Source: an uncultured Eubacteriales bacterium
GTDB taxonomy: Bacteria > Bacillota > Clostridia > Lachnospirales > Lachnospiraceae
DNA: 43,564 nucleotides
Reading direction: 5' to 3'
Assembly (NCBI GenBank): GCA_902803485.1
Contig: CADCQD010000083.1
Span: forward strand, 1 to 43,564
A program made the position numbers and the translations under genes. Shown here in pieces: positions 34,905 through 43,564 of the stretch (the first letter of the stretch is position 1; every line of letters begins with the position of its first letter). A model generated the notes under the pieces. It was given only the letters and a program-made list of their open reading frames with translations, ran no database searches and was not told where the DNA came from.

Positions 34905-34936
34905 GGGGTCCCATCAAACTGGTGGGACCCCTTTTT
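34905..34936 (+). terminator. Rho-independent terminator (possibly partial, between SBP and uxuA)
   Basis: GGGGTCCCA (34905-34913) pairs with TGGGACCCC (34923-34931), followed by TTTTT. Confidence 0.75.
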
Positions 34937-35016
34937 AAAAAGAGGCTGTAGTTATTGACTTCAGGGCAAATACACTGTGTGCTCAAGGACGATAAACAAT
35001 ATACGGAGTGTGTCCT

Positions 35017-36084
35017 ATGGAAATGACATTTCGATGGTTCGGTACCGGGTTCGATACGGTGCCGCTCTGGAAGATCCGCCAGATCCCCGGTGTCACCGGG
35101 GTGATTACTACATTGTATGATAAGGAACCCGGGGAGATCTGGGAGCCGGAGCGTATCCGCGCGCTCCGCAGCGAAGTGGAAGCGTCCGGCCTCCATATCA
35201 GCGGGATCGAGTCCGTGAACATACATGATGCCATTAAAGTCGGCTCACCGGACAGGGACCTGTATATTGACCGTTATATTCAGACGCTGGAGAATCTGGG
35301 AAAAGAAGATATCCATCTGGTCTGTTATAATTTCATGCCGGTCTTTGACTGGACCAGGTCGGAACTGGCGCGGGTCAGGCCGGACGGTTCCACCGTGCTG
35401 GCTTATAACCAGGACGCCATTGACGCCATCAAACCGGAGAATATGTTTGACAACATGACGAAGGACGCGAACGGCGCGCGCCTGGCCGGCTGGGAACCGG
35501 AACGGATGGCCAGGATCAAAGAGCTGTTTGGGATGTACCGGGACGTAGACGAAGAGAAGCTCTTTGAGAACCTGAAGTATTTCCTGGAACGGATCATGCC
35601 CGTCTGTAATAAATACGACATCCGGATGGCGGTCCATCCCGATGATCCCGCCTGGCCTGTCTTCGGGCTTCCGAGGATCATCACGAATATCGATAACCTG
35701 AAGCGTATGATGCGGATGGTAGATGATCCGCATAATGGTGTGACTTTCTGCTCAGGTTCCTACGGGACAAACCCGGAGAATGACCTGCCCGGCATGATCC
35801 GGTCTCTTCCGGGCAGGATCCATTTCGCCCACGTCAGGAATCTGAAGTTTAATTCCGAACGGGATTTTGAAGAAGCCGCGCACCTTTCCTCCGATGGAAG
35901 CTTTGATATGTATGAAATCGTGAAAGCTCTTTACGACATCGGCTTTGACGGCCCCATCCGCCCGGATCACGGACGGATGATCTGGGAGGAATCGGCGATG
36001 CCCGGTTACGGCCTGTATGACAGGGCTTTGGGCACGGCGTATATCAACGGCCTCTGGGAAGCCATCAGTAAATCCGGGAGGTGA
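35017..36084 (+). CDS. uxuA: Mannonate dehydratase
   Basis: MEMTFRWFG...IPGVTGV...NFMPVFDWTR...MAVHPDDP...VTFCSGSYG...HFAHVRN are UxuA signature blocks. ATG 35017 is preferred to the track GTG 35008. Confidence 0.9.
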   Translation: MEMTFRWFGTGFDTVPLWKIRQIPGVTGVITTLYDKEPGEIWEPERIRALRSEVEASGLHISGIESVNIHDAIKVGSPDRDLYIDRYIQTLENLGKEDIHLVCYNFMPVFDWTRSELARVRPDGSTVLAYNQDAIDAIKPENMFDNMTKDANGARLAGWEPERMARIKELFGMYRDVDEEKLFENLKYFLERIMPVCNKYDIRMAVHPDDPAWPVFGLPRIITNIDNLKRMMRMVDDPHNGVTFCSGSYGTNPENDLPGMIRSLPGRIHFAHVRNLKFNSERDFEEAAHLSSDGSFDMYEIVKALYDIGFDGPIRPDHGRMIWEESAMPGYGLYDRALGTAYINGLWEAISKSGR

Positions 36085-36089
36085 CCCTG

Positions 36090-38021
36090 ATGTATACGAA
36101 GCTGTGGCTGGATGAAACGGTGCAGGATAACGGCACCAGGGTGAGCGATAAAACAGGCTTTCAGAACAGCGGTATCCTTGAAAACGCGGTCCGGGAGCTT
36201 ACGCGCGCGAAAAGTCTCCGGGATCTTCATGTGATCCTGAGAAACGCGGACGATACGGCGCTTCTTGACGAAGGATACCGGTTCTTCCGGGAGGACGGCG
36301 CTTACGTGATCGAAGCCAATACGGAAAGGGGCCTCCTGTACGGCGCCTTCCGGTTCATCCATCAGTACCGCCTGGGATTCCGGGCGCTTACGGAGGTTCC
36401 CGCGAACCGGCTCCGCATGCTGGATCACTGGGATAATATGGATGGTTCCATTGAAAGAGGCTATTCCGGAAATTCGTTCTTCTTTATGAATAATGAGCTG
36501 GTCATAAACGAGAGGACCATGGATTACGCAAGGCTCCTTGCATCCATGGGGATCAACGGCGTAGTGATCAATAATGTGAACGTAAAGGGAGAAGCCTGCC
36601 GCCTCCTGGAAGAGCCGCATATCGGCCAGGTAAAGCGGCTATCCGAACTGTTTTCTTCCTGCGGCGTCCGGCTGTTTTTAAGCCTGAACTACGCGGCTCC
36701 CGTGGAGGATGAAAGCATCAGAAGCGCGGATCCGCTGGATCCGCAGGTCTGTGCCTGGTGGGAACGGAAATTCGATGAAGTCTACGCGAAGGTGCCGCTC
36801 CTCGGCGGTTTTCTCGTGAAGGCGGACTCCGAAGGAAGGCCTGGTCCTTTTACGTACGGGCGGAATCAGGCCGAGGGAGCGAACATGCTGGCGCGCGCGC
36901 TGAACAGGCACGCCGGTATCCTTATCTGGCGCTGCTTTGTGTACAACTGCCAGCAGGACTGGCGTGATCTGAAGACGGACAGAGCCAGGGCTGCCTATGA
37001 TTATTTCCATGATCTGGACGGCTGCTTTGATGACAATGTGGTTCTTCAGATCAAGAACGGCCCCATGGATTTCCAGGTGCGGGAACCGGTGTCTCCGCTG
37101 TTCGGACAGATGCCCCGAACGAACCAGATGATCGAATTCCAGATCGCTCAGGAATACACCGGCCAGCAGCGGCACGTCTGTTACCTGATCCCCTGGTTTA
37201 AAGAAATACTGAACTTTCAGACCTTTGCCGAAGGCTGCGCTCCGGAGGAGTCCCGGGTCTCAGACGTGGTGTCCGGGAAAGCCTTCGGAAACAGGCTGTC
37301 CGGCATGTGCGCGGTCACTAATACCGGAGATGATCTGAACTGGACCGGGCATGATCTGGCAGCTGCGAACCTGTACGGTTTCGGAAGGCTCGCCTTTGAT
37401 CCTTCGCTTTCCGCGGAAGAGATCGCGGAAGAATGGATCCGCCTGACTTTTGGAAATGACGGGCTGGTGGTCCGGAATTTAAGAAAGATCCTGATGATGT
37501 CCTGGCCTGCTTATGAAAAGTACACGTCTCCTCTGGGAATCGGCTGGATGGTCGTTCCCGGCGTACATTACGGTCCGGATCCGGACGGATACGAGTATTC
37601 ACGCTGGGGGACCTATCATAAGGCCACAGCGCAGGCCATCGGGGTGGAGAGGAACAGTACCGGCACCGGGTTTACGGAATTGTACCGTAAGCCGCTTGCT
37701 TCCATGTACGAACGTCCGGAGACCACGCCGGAAGAACTGCTTCTGTTTTTCCACCGGGTGCCCTATGATTATATCCTGAAGACCGGGAAAACGCTGATCC
37801 AGCATATCTACGACGCGCATTTTGAAGGCGCGGAAGACGTGGAAGAGATGGTCCGTCTTTTCAGGGAGCTCCGCGGACGTATCGATGAAGCCGCGTATAC
37901 GCGGATGGAAACACGTTTTGAACACCAGCTGGAACACAGCAGGGAGTGGCGCGATGTGATCAATTCGTATTTTTACAGAAAAACTCTGATCGCGGATGCC
38001 GGAGGCAGGGAATTGTATTAA
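36090..38021 (+). CDS. aguA: GH67 alpha-glucuronidase
   Basis: NRLRMLDHWDNMDGSIERGYSG, INNVNV, VKADSEGRPGPFTYGRNQAEGANMLA, WRCFVYNCQQDWRD, KNGPMDFQVREPVSPLFG, EFQIAQEYTGQQ and EWRDVINSYFYRK match, from memory, the Geobacillus AguA sequence almost block for block. Confidence 0.93.
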   Translation: MYTKLWLDETVQDNGTRVSDKTGFQNSGILENAVRELTRAKSLRDLHVILRNADDTALLDEGYRFFREDGAYVIEANTERGLLYGAFRFIHQYRLGFRALTEVPANRLRMLDHWDNMDGSIERGYSGNSFFFMNNELVINERTMDYARLLASMGINGVVINNVNVKGEACRLLEEPHIGQVKRLSELFSSCGVRLFLSLNYAAPVEDESIRSADPLDPQVCAWWERKFDEVYAKVPLLGGFLVKADSEGRPGPFTYGRNQAEGANMLARALNRHAGILIWRCFVYNCQQDWRDLKTDRARAAYDYFHDLDGCFDDNVVLQIKNGPMDFQVREPVSPLFGQMPRTNQMIEFQIAQEYTGQQRHVCYLIPWFKEILNFQTFAEGCAPEESRVSDVVSGKAFGNRLSGMCAVTNTGDDLNWTGHDLAAANLYGFGRLAFDPSLSAEEIAEEWIRLTFGNDGLVVRNLRKILMMSWPAYEKYTSPLGIGWMVVPGVHYGPDPDGYEYSRWGTYHKATAQAIGVERNSTGTGFTELYRKPLASMYERPETTPEELLLFFHRVPYDYILKTGKTLIQHIYDAHFEGAEDVEEMVRLFRELRGRIDEAAYTRMETRFEHQLEHSREWRDVINSYFYRKTLIADAGGRELY

Positions 38022-38037
38022 GATATGGAGTTTTTGG

Positions 38038-38084
38038 GAAAAGCCCCGGGACGCCGCAGCCTGCTGCGGATCCCGGGGCTTTTC
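38038..38084. terminator. Bidirectional hairpin terminator
   Basis: GAAAAGCCCCGGGA (38038-38051) pairs with TCCCGGGGCTTTTC (38071-38084). There is an inner CCGCAGC/GCTGCGG stem. It sits between convergent aguA and fhs. Confidence 0.8.
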
Positions 38085-38105
38085 ATATGATGATTTGTGA
38101 TATCG

Positions 38106-39782
38106 TCAGAATAATCCGCTGATCACGCCGTTTTCATCCACGTCGATATTTTCCGCCGCGGGATGCTTCGGAAGGCCCGGCATGGTCATGATGTCGCCGG
38201 TCAGGACCACCACGAAGCCGGCGCCTGCGGAAACCTTTACTTCCTTGACGCTGACGATGAAGTCTTCAGGCGCGCCCAGGACCTTGGGGTCATCCGCGAA
38301 GCTGTACTGAGTCTTCGCGATGCAGACCGGAAGATTCCCGAAGCCCAGATCCTTCAGTGTACGGATCTGCTTCTTTGCGGCAGGCAGGATGGAAATGTCT
38401 TTGCCGCCGTAGATCTTCTGGGTGATGGCTCGGATCTTCTTTTCAATGCTGTCATTTACGTCATAGGAGAAGGTGAAATTCCCCTGTTCCTCTTCGCAGA
38501 GACGGACGACTTCGCGTGCCAGATCTTCGCCGCCCTTACCGCCGTCAGCCCAGACGGTGGAGAGAATGGTATTTACACCCAGTTCCCTGCATTTTTCGAT
38601 GATGAAATTGATCTCGGCATCCGTATCTGTGGGGAAGCGGTTCACCGCGACCACGCAGGGGAGCTGATAGACGTTCTTGATATTGGAAACATGGCGGAGC
38701 AGGTTGGGGATTCCCTTTTCCAGAGCGCCCAGATCCTCGGTATTCAGTTCCTTCTTGGAAAGGCCGCCGTGCATCTTCAGCGCGCGTACCGTAGCCACCA
38801 CGACGACCGCGTCAGGCTGAAGGCCCGCCATCCGGCACTTGATGTCCAGGAACTTTTCTGCGCCAAGGTCCGCGCCGAATCCGGCTTCCGTGACCACATA
38901 GTCGCCAAGCTTCAGTGCCGTGCGGGTAGCGATAACGGAATTGCAGCCGTGGGCGATATTCGCGAAGGGGCCTCCGTGTACGAACACGGGCGTGCCTTCC
39001 AGTGTCTGGACCAGGTTCGGCTTCAATGCGTCCTTAAGAAGCGCTGCCATGGCGCCGACGGCCTTCAGGTCGCCTGCGGTGACCGGCTTGTCATCGAAGG
39101 TGTAGCCTACAACGATGCGGCTGAGCCGTTCCTTCAGGTCGGTCATGGAGCTTGCCAGGCAGAATACTGCCATGATCTCGGAAGCTACAGTGATGTCGTA
39201 ACCGTCTTCTCTGGGCACACCGTTGGTGCGTCCGCCCAGGCCGTCCAGCACATACCGGAGCTGCCGGTCGTTCATATCCACACAGCGGCGCCAGGTGATC
39301 TTCCTGACGTCGATCCCCAGTTCATTCCCCTGCTGGATATGGTTGTCCAGCATTGCGGCAAGCAGGTTGTTTGCGGCACCGATGGCGTGGAAGTCGCCGG
39401 TAAAGTGGAGGTTAATATCCTCCATGGGAACGACCTGCGCGTATCCGCCGCCGGCAGCGCCGCCCTTGACGCCGAATACCGGGCCCAGGGAAGGCTCGCG
39501 AAGCGCCGCGACCACGTTCTTTCCGATACGGGAAAGTCCGTCCGCAAGACCGATGGTGGTAGTGGTCTTTCCTTCACCCGCCGGGGTGGGGGTGATGGCG
39601 GTTACCAGGACAAGCTTGCCGTTTTTGCGGTCCTGGCCATTCAGGAAATTCGTATTGATCTTCGCCTTATATTTACCGTAGGGTTCTACCGCGTCCGGAT
39701 CAATGCCTGCCTTCGCGGCAATTTCCATGATGGGTCTCATTTCGCACTGCTGTGCGATCTCGATATCTGTTAAGTAAGCCAT
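38106..39782 (-). CDS. fhs: Formate-tetrahydrofolate ligase
   Basis: [12 protein letters not shown]..., [39 protein letters not shown] and [12 protein letters not shown] are canonical FTHFS blocks. RBS AAAGGAGGA. Confidence 0.95.
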   Translation of the reverse strand: MAYLTDIEIAQQCEMRPIMEIAAKAGIDPDAVEPYGKYKAKINTNFLNGQDRKNGKLVLVTAITPTPAGEGKTTTTIGLADGLSRIGKNVVAALREPSLGPVFGVKGGAAGGGYAQVVPMEDINLHFTGDFHAIGAANNLLAAMLDNHIQQGNELGIDVRKITWRRCVDMNDRQLRYVLDGLGGRTNGVPREDGYDITVASEIMAVFCLASSMTDLKERLSRIVVGYTFDDKPVTAGDLKAVGAMAALLKDALKPNLVQTLEGTPVFVHGGPFANIAHGCNSVIATRTALKLGDYVVTEAGFGADLGAEKFLDIKCRMAGLQPDAVVVVATVRALKMHGGLSKKELNTEDLGALEKGIPNLLRHVSNIKNVYQLPCVVAVNRFPTDTDAEINFIIEKCRELGVNTILSTVWADGGKGGEDLAREVVRLCEEEQGNFTFSYDVNDSIEKKIRAITQKIYGGKDISILPAAKKQIRTLKDLGFGNLPVCIAKTQYSFADDPKVLGAPEDFIVSVKEVKVSAGAGFVVVLTGDIMTMPGLPKHPAAENIDVDENGVISGLF

Positions 39783-39857
39783 GGGGATCGTCCTCCTTTT
39801 CTCTGGATCATCTGATCGATCTTTTCCTCTGCCGGGACTGCTTTGCGCTGCCGGCGT

Positions 39858-42800
39858 TTATCTGAAATATAATCCTGCCGCTTCGAACATCCGGATGTCA
39901 TAGCAGCCGTCCACGTTTTTATAAAGACCTTCTCCGATACGTTCGCTGTGGCCCATTTTACCGAAGACCCGGCCGTCCGGAGAGGTGATGCCTTCGATCG
40001 CGTACATGGAACCGTTGGGGTTATAGTGAACGTCCATGGTCGCGTTTCCTGCCATATCCACGTACTGGGTCGCGATCTGGCCGTTGGCGGCCAGCCTCCT
40101 TATCATATCCTCTTCGGCGTAGAAGCGTCCCTCGCCGTGGGAGACCGGTACGGTGATGATATCTCCGGGTTCCACCAGGCTGAGCCATGGGGACTTATTG
40201 GACGCGATCCGTGTCCGCACCAGCCGTGACTGGTGGCGGGAGATGGCATTAAAGGTCAGTGTCGGGCAGTGTTCGTCCGCGTTGCGGATCCTGCCTTCCG
40301 GCAGCAGGCCCAGTTTAATGAGTGCCTGGAAGCCGTTGCAGATGCCTGCCATCAGGCCGTCCCGGTTTTCCAGGAGCGCGGTAACACCGTCTTTGATGGC
40401 TGCGTTCCGGAAGAATGCGGTAATAAATTTCGCCGAACCATCCGGTTCATCTCCGCCGGAGAAGCCGCCGGGGATGAAGATGATCTGCGCGTCTTTCAGT
40501 TTCTTCGCGAAATAAGCAACGGATTCCTGAATGTCAGCCGCGGTCCGGTTTTTGATCACGATGATCTCCGGATCAAGGCCTGCGTCCCTGATAGCCTTTG
40601 CGGAATCGATCTCGCAGTTGGTGCCCGGGAACGCGGGGATCAGGACCTTCGGTTTCAGGACCTTCAGAGCAGGCGCTGCCTGGCGTGAAACATGATAGGT
40701 AAAGGTTTCCACATTGCCGGGCGCGTCCGGGATATTGCAGGGATAAACACCCTCCAGGCGTCCTTCGTAGACCTCCAGGATGCGCGCGGTTTCGGATCTT
40801 TCCGCGCCATAGGTAAAATATCCGTCCTCTGTGATAAAACCGGCTTCCCGGCCGATTTCCGCCTCCTCCGGGACTTCCAGAAGGAAAGCACCGTAGTTTT
40901 TGCGAAGCAGTTCCTGAAGAGATAATTCCGGATTGAAACGGAAGCCGAAACCATTGCCGAAGCTCATCTTCATGACGCCTTCCAGTACGCCGCCGGTCTG
41001 CAGGGTCCAGGCAGCCTTTGCGGTGCCATCCCTGAGAAGGCCGGTGACCTGGCGGTACAAAGCGAGAAGAGAACCGGTCTTCGGAAGGCCGTTTTCGTCT
41101 GTTTCCGGTGTCATAAGGACCACCTTGTTTCCGGCCTTTTTAAATTCCGGAGAGACTGCGTCCCTGGTCTTTCCTGTGGTTACAGCGAAAGAGATCAGCG
41201 TGGGCGGAACGTCCAGATCTTCAAAGGATCCGCTCATGGAATCCTTGCCTCCTATGGCGCCGATCCCCAGCTCCATCTGCGCTTTGAAGGCGCCGAGAAG
41301 AGCGGAAAGGGGCTTGCCCCAGCGCCGGCCGTCTGTGCCGGGTTTCTCAAAATATTCCTGGAAGGTCAGGTATACGTCTTCAAAATCCGCTCCTGCAGCG
41401 ATCAGCTTGGATACGGATTCCACAACTGCAAGGTAGGCGCCGTGATACGGGCTTTCAGAGCTCAGCATGGGATCATAGCCCCAGGACATAAAGGAACAGT
41501 CGTCCGTATGCTTTTCTTCCATGGAGATCTTCTGGACCATGGCCTGGATGGGAGTCAGCTGATATTTGCCGCCGAAAGGCATCAGAACGGTTCCCGCGCC
41601 GATGGTGGAATCAAAACGCTCGGAAAGGCCGCGTCTGGAGCAGGTATTCAGGCCGGAGGCCACGGAAAGGATGGCTTCCGTAAAGTTCTTCGGCTCCGGC
41701 GCTTTTTCAGCGCGGGGCTTGTCCGGCATGATCACGATGTGTTTTTCTGCGCCGTTGGAATTCAGGAATTCACGGCTGACGTCCACGATGACCCTGCCGT
41801 TCCACTGCATCACGAGGCGGGGTTCTTCCGTCACCTTCGCGACGATGGTAGCGTTCAGGTTTTCCGTATCGGAGATCTCCATGAAGCGCTTTGCGTCTTC
41901 CGGCGCCACCACGACGGCCATTCGTTCCTGGGATTCGCTGATGGCCAGTTCCGTACCGTCCAGACCCTCGTATTTTTTCGGCACCGCGTTCAGGTCGATC
42001 AGAAGGCCGTCCGCCAGTTCGCCGATGGCGACAGATACGCCGCCGGCGCCGAAGTCGTTGCAGCGTTTGATCAGTTTACTGGCTTCCGGATTCCGGAACA
42101 GCCGCTGCAGTTTCCTTTCCTCCGGGGCGTTGCCCTTCTGGACCTCCGCGCCGCAGGTCTCTACAGACTGTGTGGTATGCGCTTTGGAGGAACCGGTGGC
42201 GCCGCCGATACCGTCGCGGCCTGTAGCGCCGCCCAGCAGGATCACAACGTCTCCGGGAACAGGGCGCTCGCGCCGGACGTTCTCCTGGGGAGCTGCCGCG
42301 ATGACTGCGCCGACTTCCATATGTTTCGCCGCGTATCCCGGGTGATAGAACTCATCCACGATACCTGTGGCCAGGCCGATCTGGTTGCCGTAGGAAGAAT
42401 AACCTGCGGCGGCAGTCGTTACCAGCTTCCTCTGAGGAAGCTTGCCGGGGATGGTCTCGCTTACGGGGACCGTGGGATCCGCGGCGCCTGTTAAGCGCAT
42501 GGCGCCATAGACGTAGGAACGGCCGGAGAGAGGATCCCGGATCGCGCCGCCGATACAAGTGGCCGCGCCGCCGAAGGGTTCGATTTCCGTGGGATGGTTA
42601 TGCGTTTCATTTTTAAACAGAAGAAGCCAGGGCTCTTTCACACCGTCGGCTTCCACTTCGATCTTCACCGTGCAGGCGTTGATCTCCTCGGATTCATCCA
42701 GTTTCGGAAGCCTGCCTTCAGCTTTGAGATAACGGACGGCCAGCGTCGCGATATCCATCAGGCATACCGGTTTGGTGCGTCCCAGGGCTTTCCGTGTATC

Positions 42801-43547
42801 AAGATATTCCTGGTAAGCCGCCTCCAGGACCGGGTCTTCGAATCTGACGTCGTCAATGATGGTCTGGAAAGTGGTGTGGCGGCAGTGGTCTGACCAGTAG
42901 GTATCGATCATACGGATCTCGGTAATGGTGGGATCCCTCTGTTCCTTCTGGAAATATTCCTGGCAGAAGCGGATGTCGCCCTCATCCATGGCAAGACCGT
43001 AATTCGCGATGAAATCACGAAGCGCTTCAGGTGTGAGCGTGCGGAAGCCGTCCAGTACTGCTACGGTTTCCGGAATATCAAATTCGGTTTTCAGCGTCTC
43101 CGGGAGCGTAAGCTCGGCTTCCCGGGCTTCCACCGGGTTAATGACGTATTTTTTGATGGCTGCCAGATCCTCTTCCGTAAGATCCCCTGAAAGGAGGTAG
43201 ACCTTTGCGGAACGGATCACAGGACGCTCGCCCTGGGAAATGATCTGGATACACTGGGACGCGGAGTCCGCCCGCTGGTCAAACTGGCCGGGCAGATATT
43301 CCACGGCGAAGACCGTATCTGAAGTGGCCGGAAGCTCCCGGTAGGTCAGGTCGGTCTGCGGCTCGGAAAATACGGTGCGGATGGCGGACAGGAACAGGTC
43401 CTCGGGACAGTCTTCCACATCGTAGCGGTTCAGGATCCGCACATCCTGAAGACGCCGGATCCCCAGGAAGGTGCGGACATCGGAAAGGAGCGCGCGGGCT
43501 TCATCCGCGAGCTCCTTCTTTTTTTCAGCATATACACGATATACCAT
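39858..43547 (-). CDS. purL: Phosphoribosylformylglycinamidine (FGAM) synthase, single-chain large form
   Basis: 1229 aa. It has the FGAM synthetase N-terminal and linker domains, duplicated AIR-synthase-like domains (NHPTEIEPFGGAATCIGGAIRD, GGKDSMSG) and a C-terminal glutaminase (ICNGFQALIKLGL, HGEGRF). RBS GGAGGAATCC lies before ATG 43547. Confidence 0.95.
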   Translation of the reverse strand: MVYRVYAEKKKELADEARALLSDVRTFLGIRRLQDVRILNRYDVEDCPEDLFLSAIRTVFSEPQTDLTYRELPATSDTVFAVEYLPGQFDQRADSASQCIQIISQGERPVIRSAKVYLLSGDLTEEDLAAIKKYVINPVEAREAELTLPETLKTEFDIPETVAVLDGFRTLTPEALRDFIANYGLAMDEGDIRFCQEYFQKEQRDPTITEIRMIDTYWSDHCRHTTFQTIIDDVRFEDPVLEAAYQEYLDTRKALGRTKPVCLMDIATLAVRYLKAEGRLPKLDESEEINACTVKIEVEADGVKEPWLLLFKNETHNHPTEIEPFGGAATCIGGAIRDPLSGRSYVYGAMRLTGAADPTVPVSETIPGKLPQRKLVTTAAAGYSSYGNQIGLATGIVDEFYHPGYAAKHMEVGAVIAAAPQENVRRERPVPGDVVILLGGATGRDGIGGATGSSKAHTTQSVETCGAEVQKGNAPEERKLQRLFRNPEASKLIKRCNDFGAGGVSVAIGELADGLLIDLNAVPKKYEGLDGTELAISESQERMAVVVAPEDAKRFMEISDTENLNATIVAKVTEEPRLVMQWNGRVIVDVSREFLNSNGAEKHIVIMPDKPRAEKAPEPKNFTEAILSVASGLNTCSRRGLSERFDSTIGAGTVLMPFGGKYQLTPIQAMVQKISMEEKHTDDCSFMSWGYDPMLSSESPYHGAYLAVVESVSKLIAAGADFEDVYLTFQEYFEKPGTDGRRWGKPLSALLGAFKAQMELGIGAIGGKDSMSGSFEDLDVPPTLISFAVTTGKTRDAVSPEFKKAGNKVVLMTPETDENGLPKTGSLLALYRQVTGLLRDGTAKAAWTLQTGGVLEGVMKMSFGNGFGFRFNPELSLQELLRKNYGAFLLEVPEEAEIGREAGFITEDGYFTYGAERSETARILEVYEGRLEGVYPCNIPDAPGNVETFTYHVSRQAAPALKVLKPKVLIPAFPGTNCEIDSAKAIRDAGLDPEIIVIKNRTAADIQESVAYFAKKLKDAQIIFIPGGFSGGDEPDGSAKFITAFFRNAAIKDGVTALLENRDGLMAGICNGFQALIKLGLLPEGRIRNADEHCPTLTFNAISRHQSRLVRTRIASNKSPWLSLVEPGDIITVPVSHGEGRFYAEEDMIRRLAANGQIATQYVDMAGNATMDVHYNPNGSMYAIEGITSPDGRVFGKMGHSERIGEGLYKNVDGCYDIRMFEAAGLYFR

Positions 43548-43564
43548 CAGGATTCCTCCATGAT

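Noticed and set aside
1-43564. Mobile elements, prophage, integrons, toxin-antitoxin pairs, tRNA/rRNA genes.
   Set aside because: I recognised no transposase, integrase, recombinase or RT motifs. I also saw no flanking inverted or direct repeats, no tRNA-like cloverleaf segments in the intergenic regions, and no small two-gene cassettes.

Overview
About 43.6 kb of ordinary-looking chromosome from a GC-rich, Gram-positive-type anaerobe. I infer it is Clostridia-like from GGAGG ribosome-binding sites, TGn-extended -10 promoters, a single-chain FGAM synthase, fhs, Bsp-like wall repeats and an LplABC-type sugar importer. I can support about 32 protein genes, one gene remnant, several hairpin terminators and a few promoter/operator candidates. 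I recognised no rRNA, tRNA, CRISPR array, transposase, integrase or phage genes. Gene order is as follows. (1) A partial uridine-kinase-like gene, a TrmH methyltransferase, an AEC transporter and a beta-lactamase-fold remnant. (2) A lipid and esterase-rich stretch: an esterase-fold protein lacking its nucleophile coupled to an MprF-flippase-like membrane protein, then two more esterases and an AlaA-type aminotransferase. (3) A divergently transcribed 1045-aa adenylation / carrier protein / alpha-oxoamine synthase fusion coupled to an SDR reductase. (4) xth, an AI-2E transporter, and a WYL regulator coupled to cardiolipin synthase. (5) Two tandem CNNM/CorC proteins. (6) A large secreted NlpC/P60-like protein with five Bsp-like repeats, a GH18 wall hydrolase and a MATE pump. 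(7) A glucuronoxylan-oligosaccharide (aldouronate) locus: permuted GH3, MBL hydrolase, GntR regulator with palindromic operators, two ABC permeases, a lipoprotein SBP, uxuA and GH67 aguA. (8) fhs and purL. The best candidate for an undescribed system is the fusion+SDR bicistron (9119-13044), which predicts a self-contained amino-ketone/amino-alcohol (sphingoid- or capnine-like lipid, or CAI-1-like signal) pathway. Everything else is a smaller oddity. All calls rest on motif reading by eye; no database search was possible.
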